This document shows positions 1 to 12,732 of a DNA stretch of 64,000 nt, piece after piece. A program made the translations under genes and the position numbers. The notes beneath the pieces were generated by a model. That model was not told the DNA's origin and ran no database searches. It saw only the letters and a program-made list of their open reading frames with translations. Position 1 is the first letter of the stretch. Each line of letters starts with the position of its first letter. The DNA is taken from the NCBI RefSeq assembly GCF_006345805.1, contig NC_043001.1, positions 82,832,001-82,896,000 on the forward strand, written 5' to 3'. Source of the stretch: Octopus sinensis. Taxonomy: Eukaryota.

Positions 1-769
1 AATGTTGGTTAAAGAGTGTAATTGAAATGAGATTATATAGCGAAAATAATAAAAATTCTCAAGGGAAATTAAAGTTCCTAAAATATGTGGTTTTTAGGCA
101 GGAATTGTACAAGACGGGAATCATAATATTTGGCAACATGAAATAACTAGAGTAAGCCAAAGTAAAGAAAGAAAAATATAACCTATACGAAGAAAATTTA
201 GATTTAAATAATAAAATAAAAAATAAAATAGTCTTGTATGTTAAGAAGGAGAAATCTACCTGATGGCAATCTTCAAAAGTCTCAAAAGACAACTTGATCG
301 GATGCTCAGGAGATTCGAAGCTTGCAGGCATTTTGTAAAGCTTATGTTGAAATTTTGACATGTCACGAATCCTTAAAACTTACTATATCTCTTCATAGGG
401 GAGGGATATATCAACGAAGATTTTTGAGATGTTGCTTCATAGGGCTCTTTAACTATTATTTCTAAACTATCACAAGATCATTTCATTTTATTTTATACTT
501 TAGATTTAATTTTCATTCGAATGTATATGCGTGTGCCTGCATGCGCGTGTGTATCTGCGTATATTTAACTTGCCTGTATAAGCTACTGTATTATATGTAA
601 TTACTTAAACTATTCGCTCTCTATGGGACATAGGCTATTGACGTATATTTTCCATTGATCTTAACTCTGGGCTGTCCTCACCTAGGTCTTCTTGGTTTCG
701 AACTGTCATCGATGCTTCTGTAATTCTGATTTTTTCTACGTCGCTGTGTTGACACTAAAAAAAATTTAC

Positions 770-945
770 TTCTGTGAAGAGGTGGTTCATATTAGTTTGA
801 CCTTTTCCCTTTGACCTGCCCAGCATGGGAAGTGCTACAAAGAACTTACTCTCTGCTGGGATAGCTCTCAGAGTCACTGAAGGACACGATCCACCACATG
901 ACAACAAGGCCTGGACCTTGTTGTGGTTATCATACATACAATGAT
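770..945 (-). mobile_element. RTE-clade LINE 5' UTR-like fragment
   Basis: Reverse complement reads ttgttgtcatgtggtggatcgtgtccttcagtgactctgagagctatcccagcag...cccatgctgggcaggtcaaaggg, resembling the 5' leader of RTE/Expander-type LINEs as I recall it. No ORF support. Confidence 0.4.
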
Positions 946-1129
946 ATATGCATATCATTGTACATGATATGCTTATCACGTGGAAACCTCGACGCGCTGA
1001 TAGAAATAATAGCTTGACTTGAATGCAGAAGAATATATCTGATAGTATAACTTCCAGTAAACTATACCTGGATAAAAGAAGAAATTGCCATGTCTATGCC
1101 GTCTTTAGTTATTATTTGGGTTGGACAAG

Positions 1130-1265
1130 GCAGCGAACTGGCAGAATCGTTAGCATGCTGGGCAAAATGTTTAGCGACATTTTGTCCATCTTTACATTCT
1201 GAGTTCAAATGCCACTAGGGTCAACTTTGACTTTCGTTCTTTCAGAGTCTATAAAATAGGTACCT
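1130..1265 (+). mobile_element. tRNA-derived SINE, family B, 5' part (degenerate)
   Basis: ggcagcgaactggcagaatcgttagcatgctgggcaaaatg...ttctgagttcaaatgcc matches the reverse complement of the family B copies at 37.3-39.1 and 47.1-49.25 kb. Confidence 0.7.
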
Positions 1266-1270
1266 GTTCT

Positions 1271-1495
1271 TTTATTTGTTTCAGTCATTTGAGAACAGCC
1301 ATGCTGAAGCACCGCCTTTAGTCGAGCAAATCGACCACAGGACTTATTCTTTATAAGACTAGTACTTATTATATCGCTCTCTTCTGCCGAACTAAGTTAT
1401 GGGGGACGTAAACACAGCAGCATCGGTTGTTAAACGATGTTGGGGGGACAAACACTGACACACAAACATATACAGACACATATACACATGCATAT
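1271..1495 (-). mobile_element. tRNA-derived SINE, family A, 3' half
   Basis: tgtttcagtcattt...catgctgaagcaccgcctttagtcgagcaaatcgacc...acgtaaacac motif, shared with many other copies in the window. Confidence 0.85.
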
Positions 1496-1512
1496 ATATA
1501 TATATATATATA

Positions 1513-2583
1513 AAAGGCAAATAAGAAAATGCAAAGGATAATCAATCAACAAACATCAGCCTGTAAACATACATTTGGATCTATGTATTAATTAAATTAT
1601 AACCAAGGATGGCTGTGAGGTAAGTAGCTTGCTTATGAACCACATGGTTCCGGGTTCATTCCAACTACTGGCACCTTGGACAAGTGCCTTCTACCATAAC
1701 CTCGGGCCGACCAAAGCCTTGTGAGTGGATTTGGTAGACAAAAACTGAAGAAAGCCCGTCATATATACGTATATGTATATATATATATAACTTAGCGGTT
1801 CGGCAAAAGAGGTCGAGAGAATAAGTACTAGGCTTCCAAAGAATAAGTCCTGGGGTCGATTTGCTAGACTAAAGGCGGTGCTCCAGCATCGACGCAGTCA
1901 AATGACTGAAATAAGTAAAAGAGTAAATATGTATAAGTAATCAAAATAAATACAGAAGTAAATAAATAAGTAAGCAAATAAAGAAGTAAACAAAGAATAA
2001 ACAAAATATATGAATAAATAATCAAAATATATTATTAATAGTTATTGTCAAGCTAATATGGCAGTAAAGAAATATAGGACGAATGCTGCCGTTGATTAGT
2101 TCAAAGAAGCCATCGCCTCTAGCTAGCTATGTGGCACACGAACCTGTGTCCATTATAACCTTCGAACAGGGGAAGTCAGCCGCTTCCCCTTCTGCATTGA
2201 TAGGGGGCAAATATCCTGAAACTAGTCTGCAGATGCCTAACCAGCAAGGGGAAGTGGCTGACTTCCCCTGTTCGAAGGTTATAATGGACACAGGTTCTTG
2301 TGTCACATAAATAGCTAGAGGCGATTGCCTCTTGGAGCTAATCAACGGCAGCATTCGTCCTATATTTTTGGACTGCCATATTATCTTGTCGATAACTATT
2401 AATATCCAGTACCGCTGCCGTAGTCTCCTTTAGAGAGACTTAGAATTATTAATATTTCTATTTTCAAAATAAGTTTATTTTGATTACTTATACATATGAT
2501 TGTAATTAATAAATGAATCCAAATGAATACTGACAGGCTGATGTTTGTCGATTGATTATCCTCTCCATTTTCTTATTTGCCTT
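1513..2583. repeat. Large imperfect palindrome (fold-back element) with a SINE inserted in the left arm
   Basis: 1513-1600 is the reverse complement of ~2495-2583; ~1927-1955 matches ~2470-2495; ~2034-2205 matches ~2233-2404 with few mismatches around a ~27 nt loop. Confidence 0.85.
1607..1925 (+). mobile_element. tRNA-derived SINE, family A
   Basis: Head ggatggctgtgaggtaagtagcttgc...ggttccgggttcattcc (A/B-box-like), body gcaccttggacaagtg, tail gtcaaatgactgaaataagtaaaagag. Confidence 0.9.
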
Positions 2584-2765
2584 ATAAATTCTGGGTAAAT
2601 TTCTGCTTTACCCCCACTCATACATATTATTCAATTGCGCTACTGCTCTGCAACAGCAAGCACTTGGATATAAATACGTAGGTATACATCCAGTAGTATA
2701 TTGGATATATATTATCCCTTAGATGGTTGTTTAACCCCTAACTCATACACACACACACACACACC

Positions 2766-2809
<44 letters not shown>

Positions 2810-2812
<3 letters not shown>

Positions 2813-2960
2813 ACGGGCTTCTTTCAGTTTCCGTCTACCAAATCCACTCACAAGGCTTTGGTCAGCCCGAGGCTATAGTAGAAGACAGTTGCCTAAGGTG
2901 CCACGCCGTGGGACTGAACTCGGAACCATGTAGTTGTTAAGTGAGCTACTTACCACACAG
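2810..2960 (-). mobile_element. SINE family A, 5' half
   Basis: cgacgggcttctttcagtttccgtctacc...gagctacttaccacacag is the reverse complement of the family A head. Confidence 0.85.
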
Positions 2961-3776
2961 TTGATTACTGAACACGATGTAATCGACTTCCCCATCCCCA
3001 TAAATTGCTGGCCTTGTGCCAAATTAGAAATCATTATTAAAGTTGACCAGGAGTTACTACAAAATCAGTGATGAGATAAAAATTAATAAAATAGGAAATA
3101 ACAAATATTGTTGCTATTGTCGTTTAAGCCAAACTTGATTTTCATTAAGGAGAACTACGAACAAATCTAATCAACCATGACCATCTCGTCTTTTAAGTGA
3201 TAACCTATCTGTCCTTCCACGTTTATGAAGCGATGCCTTGATCTGAACGAGTTGCGACTGCTGTTTCGTGCAGGTGCAGTGACTATGTAGAGATGTAATC
3301 GTTAGTTGGGGTGTCAACGCAAGAAAAAAAAAACGAAAGACTGATGCAGGTTGAATCTTTCGGATTTAAACTGCTTATAGACAACATTTAGAATAAAATG
3401 CACTTACATAAAGACTGGCTGAAGAAATGGCAGTATTAATGGTTATGTGAATGACTAGAAGGATAGATGAATGATTGGAAGGTGTTGGGAAGTTGTCACA
3501 CGTCAATGAAAGGAGAAAAGAACTTTCGAGAATAATGAAGAATATATTTAAAAAAATGAAAATAAAGAGTTAGTTAAAGAGAAACATCAGCGAAAACATT
3601 AAAAAGTGAACAACAAGCTAAATTTTAACAGGCGCTAAGTGGCAAGATATAAATTTCATTATGTATGAATTTATGTACGTGTATATATGTATGTATGTAT
3701 ATATATATATATATATATATATACATACATACGTATATATTTGTGTATATATATATATATATTATATATATATTTG

Positions 3777-3831
<55 letters not shown>

Positions 3832-4901
3832 TATACATATATATATATGCTTGTGTATGTATGTATATATATACATATAGAAATACATATATATATATAT
3901 ATATACACACGTATATATGTGTATACTTATATAGACATACGCATATATATAATGATGAATATATATATATTAAAGAATGTGGCCGACAAACTATAAGTAA
4001 GCAATATGTTAGATAACATGCAGACATTAAAAGAAAAACAATGAAAAGATATTAAAAAGAAAAAAAACTATTTTGTTTCTTGGTGAATTATTGATTAAAT
4101 GACAATAATCCGGCATAATCTCCAAAACTCCTGCTAATCTAAAGACGCCATCTTTTCATTCTTTTGTATATGTTATTATAAGATATAAATGTGCACATAC
4201 ACATGTATATGTATGTATGTATATATGCACACGCATGCAGACGCATGTATATGTATGTATGTATGTATATATATATATATATAATATATTATAATATATA
4301 TATATATTATATAATATATATATATATACATATGTATGTGTATGTATGTATGCATGTATACACACACACACATACACACACACACACACGTACGCAATCG
4401 TATGCTTCCATATATCATCATAAGATGGAAGCCTGGTAAAATACAGCAGACAGCTTGTGAATCCAAACACCGACGCCATGACGCCTGACAAGACCACGTG
4501 ATCATGTGACCCTCAACACTCAGCTGACACAATGGAGATTAAATCTTAACCACCATTTTTTGTCGTGATTTTTTTCTCCTTAATTCATTTGGAACTAAAC
4601 TTTATTCTTTCCGGTTTGAACGGGAGAGATTTAGATTTAGAGGAATGCGTTGTTATTATTTTCTTTCTCTCATATTCCTTCTCAGTTCCCTTTTCACTGT
4701 TCCTCTCTCTTTACGTCTTCATCTATCTGTCTATCTAGCTAGCTAGCTAGCTATTTGTCTGTCTGCTTAGATGTGTGTGTGTATGTTATAACTCTTATAT
4801 AAATATGAATCCACCTGTGTATCTCTCTTTGTCGACGTGTCTCTTTGTTTTCCTCTCTTCACACACATACACACAAATGTATATATGTATATAATAATAT
4901 A

Positions 4902-4956
<55 letters not shown>

Positions 4957-4971
4957 ATATGTATATGTATG

Positions 4972-5003
<32 letters not shown>

Positions 5004-6231
5004 TATATATGTGTATATATATGTATATATATATTTGTATATATACATACATATATATATAAACACAAATATACATATATGTATATATATATATATATAC
5101 ATATATATGTATATTTGTGTTTATATATATATGTATGTATATATACAAGTATATATATACATATATATACACATATATATACATATACATATATACATAC
5201 ATACATACATGCATACATATATATATATATACGTTGCTATATGTTATCAGTTTGTACCCGTTTATATCTGCCAGTTTGTTACCTTTTTCATTTTTCTTTC
5301 CTTTTTTCTTCCTCTACATTTCTCTCTATCTTCGTCTCTCTCACCCCTCATTTCTCTCTCCGTTTCACTGACCAGCCACCTTCTCTGCTCCATTATTCTA
5401 CATTATCTTGAAAGATTATGAAAAATAAAGAAAATATTCAGAAAAATAGAATAAATTGATAATTCACTCGATGAAATAAGAAAAAAGAAAGAAAGGAGGA
5501 ATTCGGATAAGAAAAACAATAGGAGTAAATCACATATATTTTAACTAGATGGGATTATTTCGGGCTGTAGGGCTAGATAGAACGTTTGAAAGGATTATCT
5601 TCTCTTATAATCTACGTACTGTGATTAATGATATATTTTTTAAAATCCAGCTCAGATATAAGTCGGAGATGACAGCAAAGAAGATAGGACGAAGACATAT
5701 TAGCGAAACGATATTAGTTGCTTAGGGGCAATGGGTTTTGTCAAACCCACACCTTCTGGTAAGAAATATTTTACAACAATATAGATGATCTTTTCTTAAA
5801 GGGAAGAACCGAGCTAAATTAAACGTCTGACTGTAATGACTCCGGTTTAATTTTTGATATACAGAACCCAATATGTCGCGTTAGGTTGTTGTATTCCGTC
5901 ATTAGTGTATCGTGTTTAGTGAGTTGTAAGAATTAACATGGAGAGAAAAAGAATATTGTTTATAGCAGCGGTTCTCGACCGCTTTTTTTTTTTTTACCAA
6001 TGGGCCCCTTCCGTTACTATTTTATTCTGGCAGATCCCCACAGCCATTCGATGTCTGAAATTCCTATTTTGTTGTTCCCACGTAAAACATCAAAGAAAGA
6101 AACCTAGCTATTTGTTGTAATAAATACATCTAAAGCAAATTTTCTTTTCATGGACCTTTAATATTAAAGCCTCGAGCTGACCAAAGCCTTTGTGAATGGA
6201 TCTGGTAGACGGTAACTGAAAGAACCCCTTA

Positions 6232-6262
<31 letters not shown>

Positions 6263-6263
6263 G

Positions 6264-6294
<31 letters not shown>

Positions 6295-6589
6295 TAATCA
6301 TATCAAAGGGAAATGGAAATTAATTAAAATGTTCATTTCCAGTGGCCTAACGTGTAAAAATTTAGTCCAAGACTATGTATTAGTCATAAAATACAGTGTA
6401 CATTTAAACACATAAGGAATCCACTCGTGGGATTCAACACGCTAGAAAGAACAGCTAGGTTCTATAACCACAAAAATTAGGGATAAAATTCGACAGGAAC
6501 GAAATGAAAAAATAAAATGTTTTTATTTTTTCATTTCGTTCCTGTCGTATACATGTATATGCGTGTGTGTGTTTGTGTGTGTGTGTGTG

Positions 6590-6790
6590 TGTGCTTGTCG
6601 TGTTTGTCCCCACCAACACTTGACAACTGGGGCTGGTGTGTTTACGTCCTCGTAACTTAGCGTTTCGGCAAAAGAGGCCGATAGAATAAGTACCAGGCTT
6701 TTAAAAATGGGGCGATATATTCGACTACAAATTCTTCAAGATGTTGCCTTTGCGTGGTCACAGTCTAATGACTGAAAGAAGTAGAAGATA
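6590..6790 (+). mobile_element. SINE family A, 3' half (divergent)
   Basis: ctggtgtgtttacgtcctcgtaacttagcgtttcggcaaaagaggccgatagaataagtacc...ctaatgactgaaag. Confidence 0.75.
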
Positions 6791-7179
6791 AAAGACACTG
6801 TCGTAGAACCCCAATTTAGTATTTTGCTTGCGTGGATACCAAAAACCTGAAACGGACCTTTAGGGGTCATGTAGACTCCAGTTGAAAACCATTGGTTTAA
6901 AGTGACAGACGAGTATACAGACGAATGTGAGAGACAAACCTATAGCCCAGTGTTTCCACAACCATTTTTATCGGTCGCCCAAAACACTTGGATGGCTGTT
7001 ATATCACTGCTCTCTCTCTCTCATAGTCTTATGTAAAACAGAAAGTGAGGATGATTATAACCGTATAACACGATTATTGTCCTTGGGTAGCAACTGTTAT
7101 TTCCTATTTGCTTTCTCTAAGAAAGTAGGAAAAAGAGTTAATATTTCCTTCCAACTTTGCTTTTCTTACATTTATTCAA

Positions 7180-7345
7180 ATCCCAAAGAATTCCTCTCAA
7201 CACATGGCTATGATGCTTCTCCCATTATGCTCATTATGGGCGATGCACATATTGTCAGCTACAAAGGGACGTGCTCAAGTGGTTAAGGTCAAGAAACTAA
7301 CAAGCAAATATGTGGTACTGAACACAATATTTTCTATAACGATAT
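7180..7345. mobile_element. Internal fragment of the (TAA)n-associated element
   Basis: aatcccaaagaattcctctcaacacatggctatgatgc...ggttaaggtcaag matches 14495-14640. Confidence 0.7.
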
Positions 7346-7642
7346 TTCTGCTTCAGCAACTCAGCACTAAATCCGCCTGAAATGTCATAGAAAATAGGTC
7401 AGTTGAGAACATTGATATCCAGGTCACAAAAGCAAAGTTTGAAGAGGATAGAAGTCATTTCCTTTGATTTCTAGATTATAGGAAATAGCACTTACTAACC
7501 AAAGACAAAAAAAAATTGTTTCACAGTGTTAGAATCATGGCTCTTAGCGTTTTTACTGGTAGTGAGAAATGGACTGTTATAGAGATATAGATAATTAAAG
7601 TTATAGAGCAGACAGTTTTACTGAGCGACAGACTGACAAAAT

Positions 7643-7759
<117 letters not shown>

Positions 7760-7812
7760 CTGGTTTATTATCTCTTGTTAGGGCAAAAACTACCCGCCTC
7801 ATTAGACCATAC

Positions 7813-8130
7813 CTGGTGAGTGAGTCTTTTCCGGAGCCATTTTGAGATCGTGGTGTAAGCTGAAGGTGGCTATTTTGAGTATCGCGTCATCTCCCAACCA
7901 TGACCTAGAGAATATCTTTAGGCTTTTTAAAACAACTTCATTTTGGGATGGGATATTAGGTTTTTCCCTTCCTTTTAGGCAAACTGTCAAATTTATCCCG
8001 AACACCCTGTAAATGTCACACTGCCCATAAAAGAAGGCCGTACTATAGACAGGCAAGACTCACTCACCAATACACATCGTACTCGAAGTCTAAACAAGTC
8101 TCTCCATTCTGCTTTATTTTTCTATAGTTA
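7813..8130 (-). CDS. Speculative two-exon coding segment (8130-8068 and 8006-7813), product unknown
   Basis: Acceptor tctttgcag, donor TTG|gtgagt, 61-nt intron ending tttacag, donor CAG|gtatgg. Joined frame is open: NYRKIKQNGETCLDFEYDVYW-VFGINLTVCLKG...EKTHSP. No homology recognised. Confidence 0.2.
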
Positions 8131-8261
8131 CTGCAAAGACCATGGTAATCATAGTTAGTTATCACACACCCGTCTCTCCTCTTTTCATCTATTTTGTTTC
8201 ATTCACCTAGGTCTGAACTATTGTCGCACAATCCTTACATTCCAGAATATTAATTCAACCC

Positions 8262-8293
<32 letters not shown>

Positions 8294-8390
8294 AATATCG
8301 CGGACACATATATATATATGTATACACACACACGCACACACACATATATATAGATATACATACATGCACATATATATATGTGTGTGTATA

Positions 8391-8422
<32 letters not shown>

Positions 8423-8457
8423 AGATAAGAAAGTTTGTTGGTAAAGCACGTGGGTGA

Positions 8458-9825
8458 ATATATAAGAAAATAGTAAAGTGTGAAAAAACGACAGAAGGCT
8501 TAAATGTTAAAAAAATATATATTTGTGTCAAAAGTCTGGAGAATATTGGAAAAATTTTTTCCTTTCCTTAAAATGACATAATTTTAAAATTTTTAAAGAA
8601 ATTACCGGTTTCGCGTGTAGCTTTTCAAATTTCTTGTGACGTTATGTTTATATTGTATGGAATTATCGTTGTTTTTATTTCCAGGAGATTTCTAAATAAG
8701 GGGAGGTGGTAGTGAGTGATTTTTCGGGTGTAGGGGAGATAATCGCTTAAAAATTTTTTTTCCCATTTCCTTGTTAATATCTCTGTGTCAGTATGTTCGG
8801 ATGGTTGAGTCTGGGTTTGTACTTTTCAATGAAGAATGTTTCCTTGTTCAGTCTCATTTGTGTTGATGATCCGAAAGCACATTGGTAAAATGGGAAGATT
8901 AAAAATTGTGGCAGTAGTTGCTTGCGCATTTCTCGATGTGCTCACTAAAAGGTATCATTCTATATTCTGGGAATGCAATCTGTGTCGATGCAGTGTGCAT
9001 CTGCGCCTGAGTGATAGTCCCGTGGAACCCACGTAGTCTTGGTGGCAGCCCGAGCATTTAATAACATAAATTATGTTTTCAGAGGCACAAGTAAAGTTAG
9101 ATTTGATCTTAAATTTCTGTCCCTCTTTAAAGAAGAATTCTGATCCTTCCAATAGGTTAGGACATGTTGCACAGTTCGATCTACCACATTTTTTAACTTT
9201 TGCATCCGTAATTTTAGAAGACAATTTTGTCTTTGTGAGAATCTTTTTAAGTGATTTAGGCTGTTTGTAGCTTTTAATGATTTGGTGTATGTTTAGAATT
9301 TCCTTTAATTTGGGTTTTTATGAAGTATTGGTAAATCTGGGTGATGATGGTGAAGGCTTCTTTGGTTCTGGGGGTTGTATGTAGATATGTAAGGTAGTAT
9401 TTTCGGGGAAGGTGTGTTGTTGTGTTGAACTTTTCTTAAAGTTTCTATGTTGATTTCTGTTGCACGTCTGATCCCATCCTCTATGAGTTGAGCTGGGTAA
9501 TGTCTGTCAATTAGGGTGTTTTTGAGTTCTTGCAGTCTAAAGTTCCTGGTATTTTGTTCTGACACTATTGTGCATATCCTTCTTGCAAGGTTGAAGGGGA
9601 TGTTTGTTTTAGTGTGTCTTGGGTGGCATGAATTAAAAAGAAGGTATTGTTTGGCGTCTGTGGCTTTGTAAAAAATGTCTGTTTCTATTTTAAGGTTAAT
9701 TTTTTAATTTTGGTTGTATTCCATTGTGAACTGTATATTTGGGTTTATGCTGTTCAATAGGTTTTTAAATTTTAGGAGTTTATCTATGTTTTCATTCCAG
9801 AGAATGAAACAATCGTCTAGGAAGA
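8458..9825 (-). mobile_element. Penelope-like element (Neptune-type), inverted partial copy: RT C-terminus, Cys linker, GIY-YIG endonuclease, 3' UTR
   Basis: Minus ORFs 9305-9565 and 8955-9224 (CGRSNCATC...NIIYVIKCSGCHQDYVGST...RCTLH). Sequence is the reverse complement of 10166-11553. Confidence 0.93.
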
Positions 9826-11546
9826 AACAATCCTGGTTTCATTTGATGTAGTCAACTTGTATACCAGTATACCTCATAATTATGGACTGGAGGCAATACA
9901 ATTCTGGTTAGACCAATTTCCGGAAGAAATACCAAAAAGGATCAGTAAGGAATTCATTACTAAGTCAATTGAATTCATCCTACACAATAACCACTTCATG
10001 TTTGACAATACATTTTACCGTCAAAAATCCGGAATGCTATGGGTACAAGGGCAGCACCAGTCATTGCGAACTTAACAATGGGATACATGGAAATAATCAT
10101 TTACCAGGAATCTCTATCAATCTTTGGAAACTCCCTCTCTCAATACATAAAAGAGAATTGGAAACGATTCCTAGACGATTGTTCATTCTGGAATGAAAAA
10201 TAGATAAACTCCTAAAATTTAAAAACCTATTGAACAGCAAAACCCAAATATACAGTTCACAATGGAATACAACCAAAAGGAGCTCCCGTTCTGGATATAC
10301 TAATTAAAAAAATTAACCTTAAAATAGAAACAGACATTTTTTACAAAGCCACAGACGCCAAACAATACCTTCTTTTTAATTCATGCCACCCAAGACACAC
10401 TAAAACAACATCCCCTTCAACCTTGCAAGAAGGATATGCACAATAGTGTCAGAACAAAATACCAGGAACTTTAGACTGCAAGAACTCAAAAACACCCTAA
10501 TTGACAGACATTACCCAGCTCAACTCATAGAGGATGGGATCAGACGTGCAACAGAAATCAACATAGAAACTTTAAGAAAAGTTCAACACAACAACACACC
10601 TTCCCCGAAAATACTACCTTACATATCTACATACAACCCCAGAAACAAAGAAGCCTTCACCATCATCACCCAGAATTTACCAATACTTCATAAAAACCCA
10701 AAATTAAAGGAAATTCTAAACATACACCAAATCATTAAAAGCTACAAACAGCCTAAATCACTTAAAAAGATTCTCACAAAGACAAAATTGTCTTCTAAAA
10801 TTACGGATGCAAAAGTTAAAAAATGTGGTAGATCGAACTGTGCAACATGTCCTAACTATTGGAAGGATCAGAATTCTTCTTTAAAGAGGGACAGAAATTT
10901 AAGATCAAATCTAACTTTACTTGTGCCTCTGAAAACATAATTATGTTATTAAATGCTCGGGCTGCCACCAAGACTACGTGGGTTCCACGGGACTATCACT
11001 CAGGCGCAGATGCACACTGCATCGACAACAGATTGCATTCCCAGAATATAGAATGATACCTTTTAGTGAGCACATCGAAGAATGCGCAAAGCAACTACTG
11101 CCACATTTTTAATCTTCCCATTTTACCAATGTGCTTTCGGATCATCAACACAAATGAGACTGAACAAGGAAACATTCTTCATTGAAAAGTACAAACCCAG
11201 ACTCACCATCCGAACATACTGACACAGAGATATTAACAAGGAAATGGGAAAAAAAATTTTTTAAGCGATTATCTCCCCTACACCGGAAAAAATCACTCAC
11301 TACCTCCCCTTATTTAGAAATCTCCTGGAAATAAAAACAACGATAATTCCATACAATATAAAAACTACGTCACAAGAAATTTGAAAAGCTACACGCGAAC
11401 CGGTAATTTCTTTAAAAATTTTAAAATTATGTCATTTTAAGGAAAGGAAAAAAATTTTTCCAATATTCTCCAGACATTTTGACACAAATATATATATTTT
11501 TTAACATTTAAGCCTTCTGTCGTTTTTTCACACTTTACTATTTTCT

Positions 11547-11553
<7 letters not shown>
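9826..11553 (+). mobile_element. Penelope-like element (Neptune-type), 5'-truncated: RT, thumb, GIY-YIG, 3' UTR, with frameshifts
   Basis: LVSFDVVNLYTSIP, MGTRAAPVIANL, WKRFLDDCF, FYKATDAKQYL, HPRHTKTTSPSTL region, C-x-linker CGRSNCATC then GIY-YIG; ends in (TA)n. Confidence 0.95.
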
Positions 11554-11577
<24 letters not shown>

Positions 11578-12409
11578 TCACACACGCACACAAACATACA
11601 TATATATGTATGTACACGTACATATGGAAATGTGTGCATATATGTATACATATGTGTGTATGTAGACACGTACACATATGCACATACACACGCATTCATA
11701 TATAATATATACACATGTATATATGTTTAAATGCTAACCTACATTTATATTTTAAAAAACATAACTGCGTGCACACACAAACACACACACACACACACAC
11801 ACACGCGCGCGCACAGAGAAAGAGGTGGTGGTTGTTGTGGTGATGGTGGTGGTTGTTGAGAGGGTGGTGATGGTGGTGGTGGGGGAGTTAAGATTCTTTC
11901 TGCTCTTTCACCATTGTCAGGTGATTTGCTGGGGAGAGAAAAGTCGGCCATTGTTAAAGTTGACGCGGCCTGGAATGAGAGATTATGTAGAAAACAGGGT
12001 AGCTTACTCTTATGATCAATAAGATGGGTGACAGGTGGTGGCAAGTGGGTAGGTATGGATAGGAGAGGGGGAAGGAAGTGTGGTAGGGTGTTCAGAATAG
12101 GGTAAAGTAAAGATGATGAAGTGAAAAGGTGGGGGCGGAGAAGCAAGAGGTGGAAGATTGAAAGTCGAAATAATTATTGGTTTTGATGTTTAACAGTTGA
12201 CATGGTGGTCACCAGTTCACTTGGAAGCTGGTCTGAGAACTTGTGGGGATGGGGACGCGGGTGGGGGTGGAAGTCGGGTGTGAATATCGCTGGTCATGTG
12301 ATGTTAGGGTACTGAGGTTGTGATGGTGGGGGAAGAGGTTACAAATTGCATTTTTTTTTTACTGTTTAGTTTGTGATAGAAGGGTAGCGCTTAAGCCGTT
12401 TTTCTTCTT

Positions 12410-12492
<83 letters not shown>

Positions 12493-12732
12493 TATTATTA
12501 TTATCATCATCATCATCATCATCATCATCATTATTATTATTGAGTGAGAGAGCAATCAATGCACGCCATCAAAGTGACACTGGGGTAAAATATACGAAGC
12601 CCTGTATACTCATCATGACCACCCGTTTGATAAGAGTACACCAGGTACATGCATCACAACCATTTGTGCACGACAATGTGATCTTATATCAAGATTAACA
12701 GCGCATGACCTTGCAGGTGGGGCTCAGTTAGA

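Noticed and set aside
1-420. Possible decayed LINE C-terminus
   Set aside because: Only vague peptide resemblance with multiple stops; cannot assign.
4390-4510. Minus-strand ORF MASVFGFTSCLL... with Kozak-like start and nearby E-boxes
   Set aside because: Weak donor, no homology recognised, runs into (TG)n.
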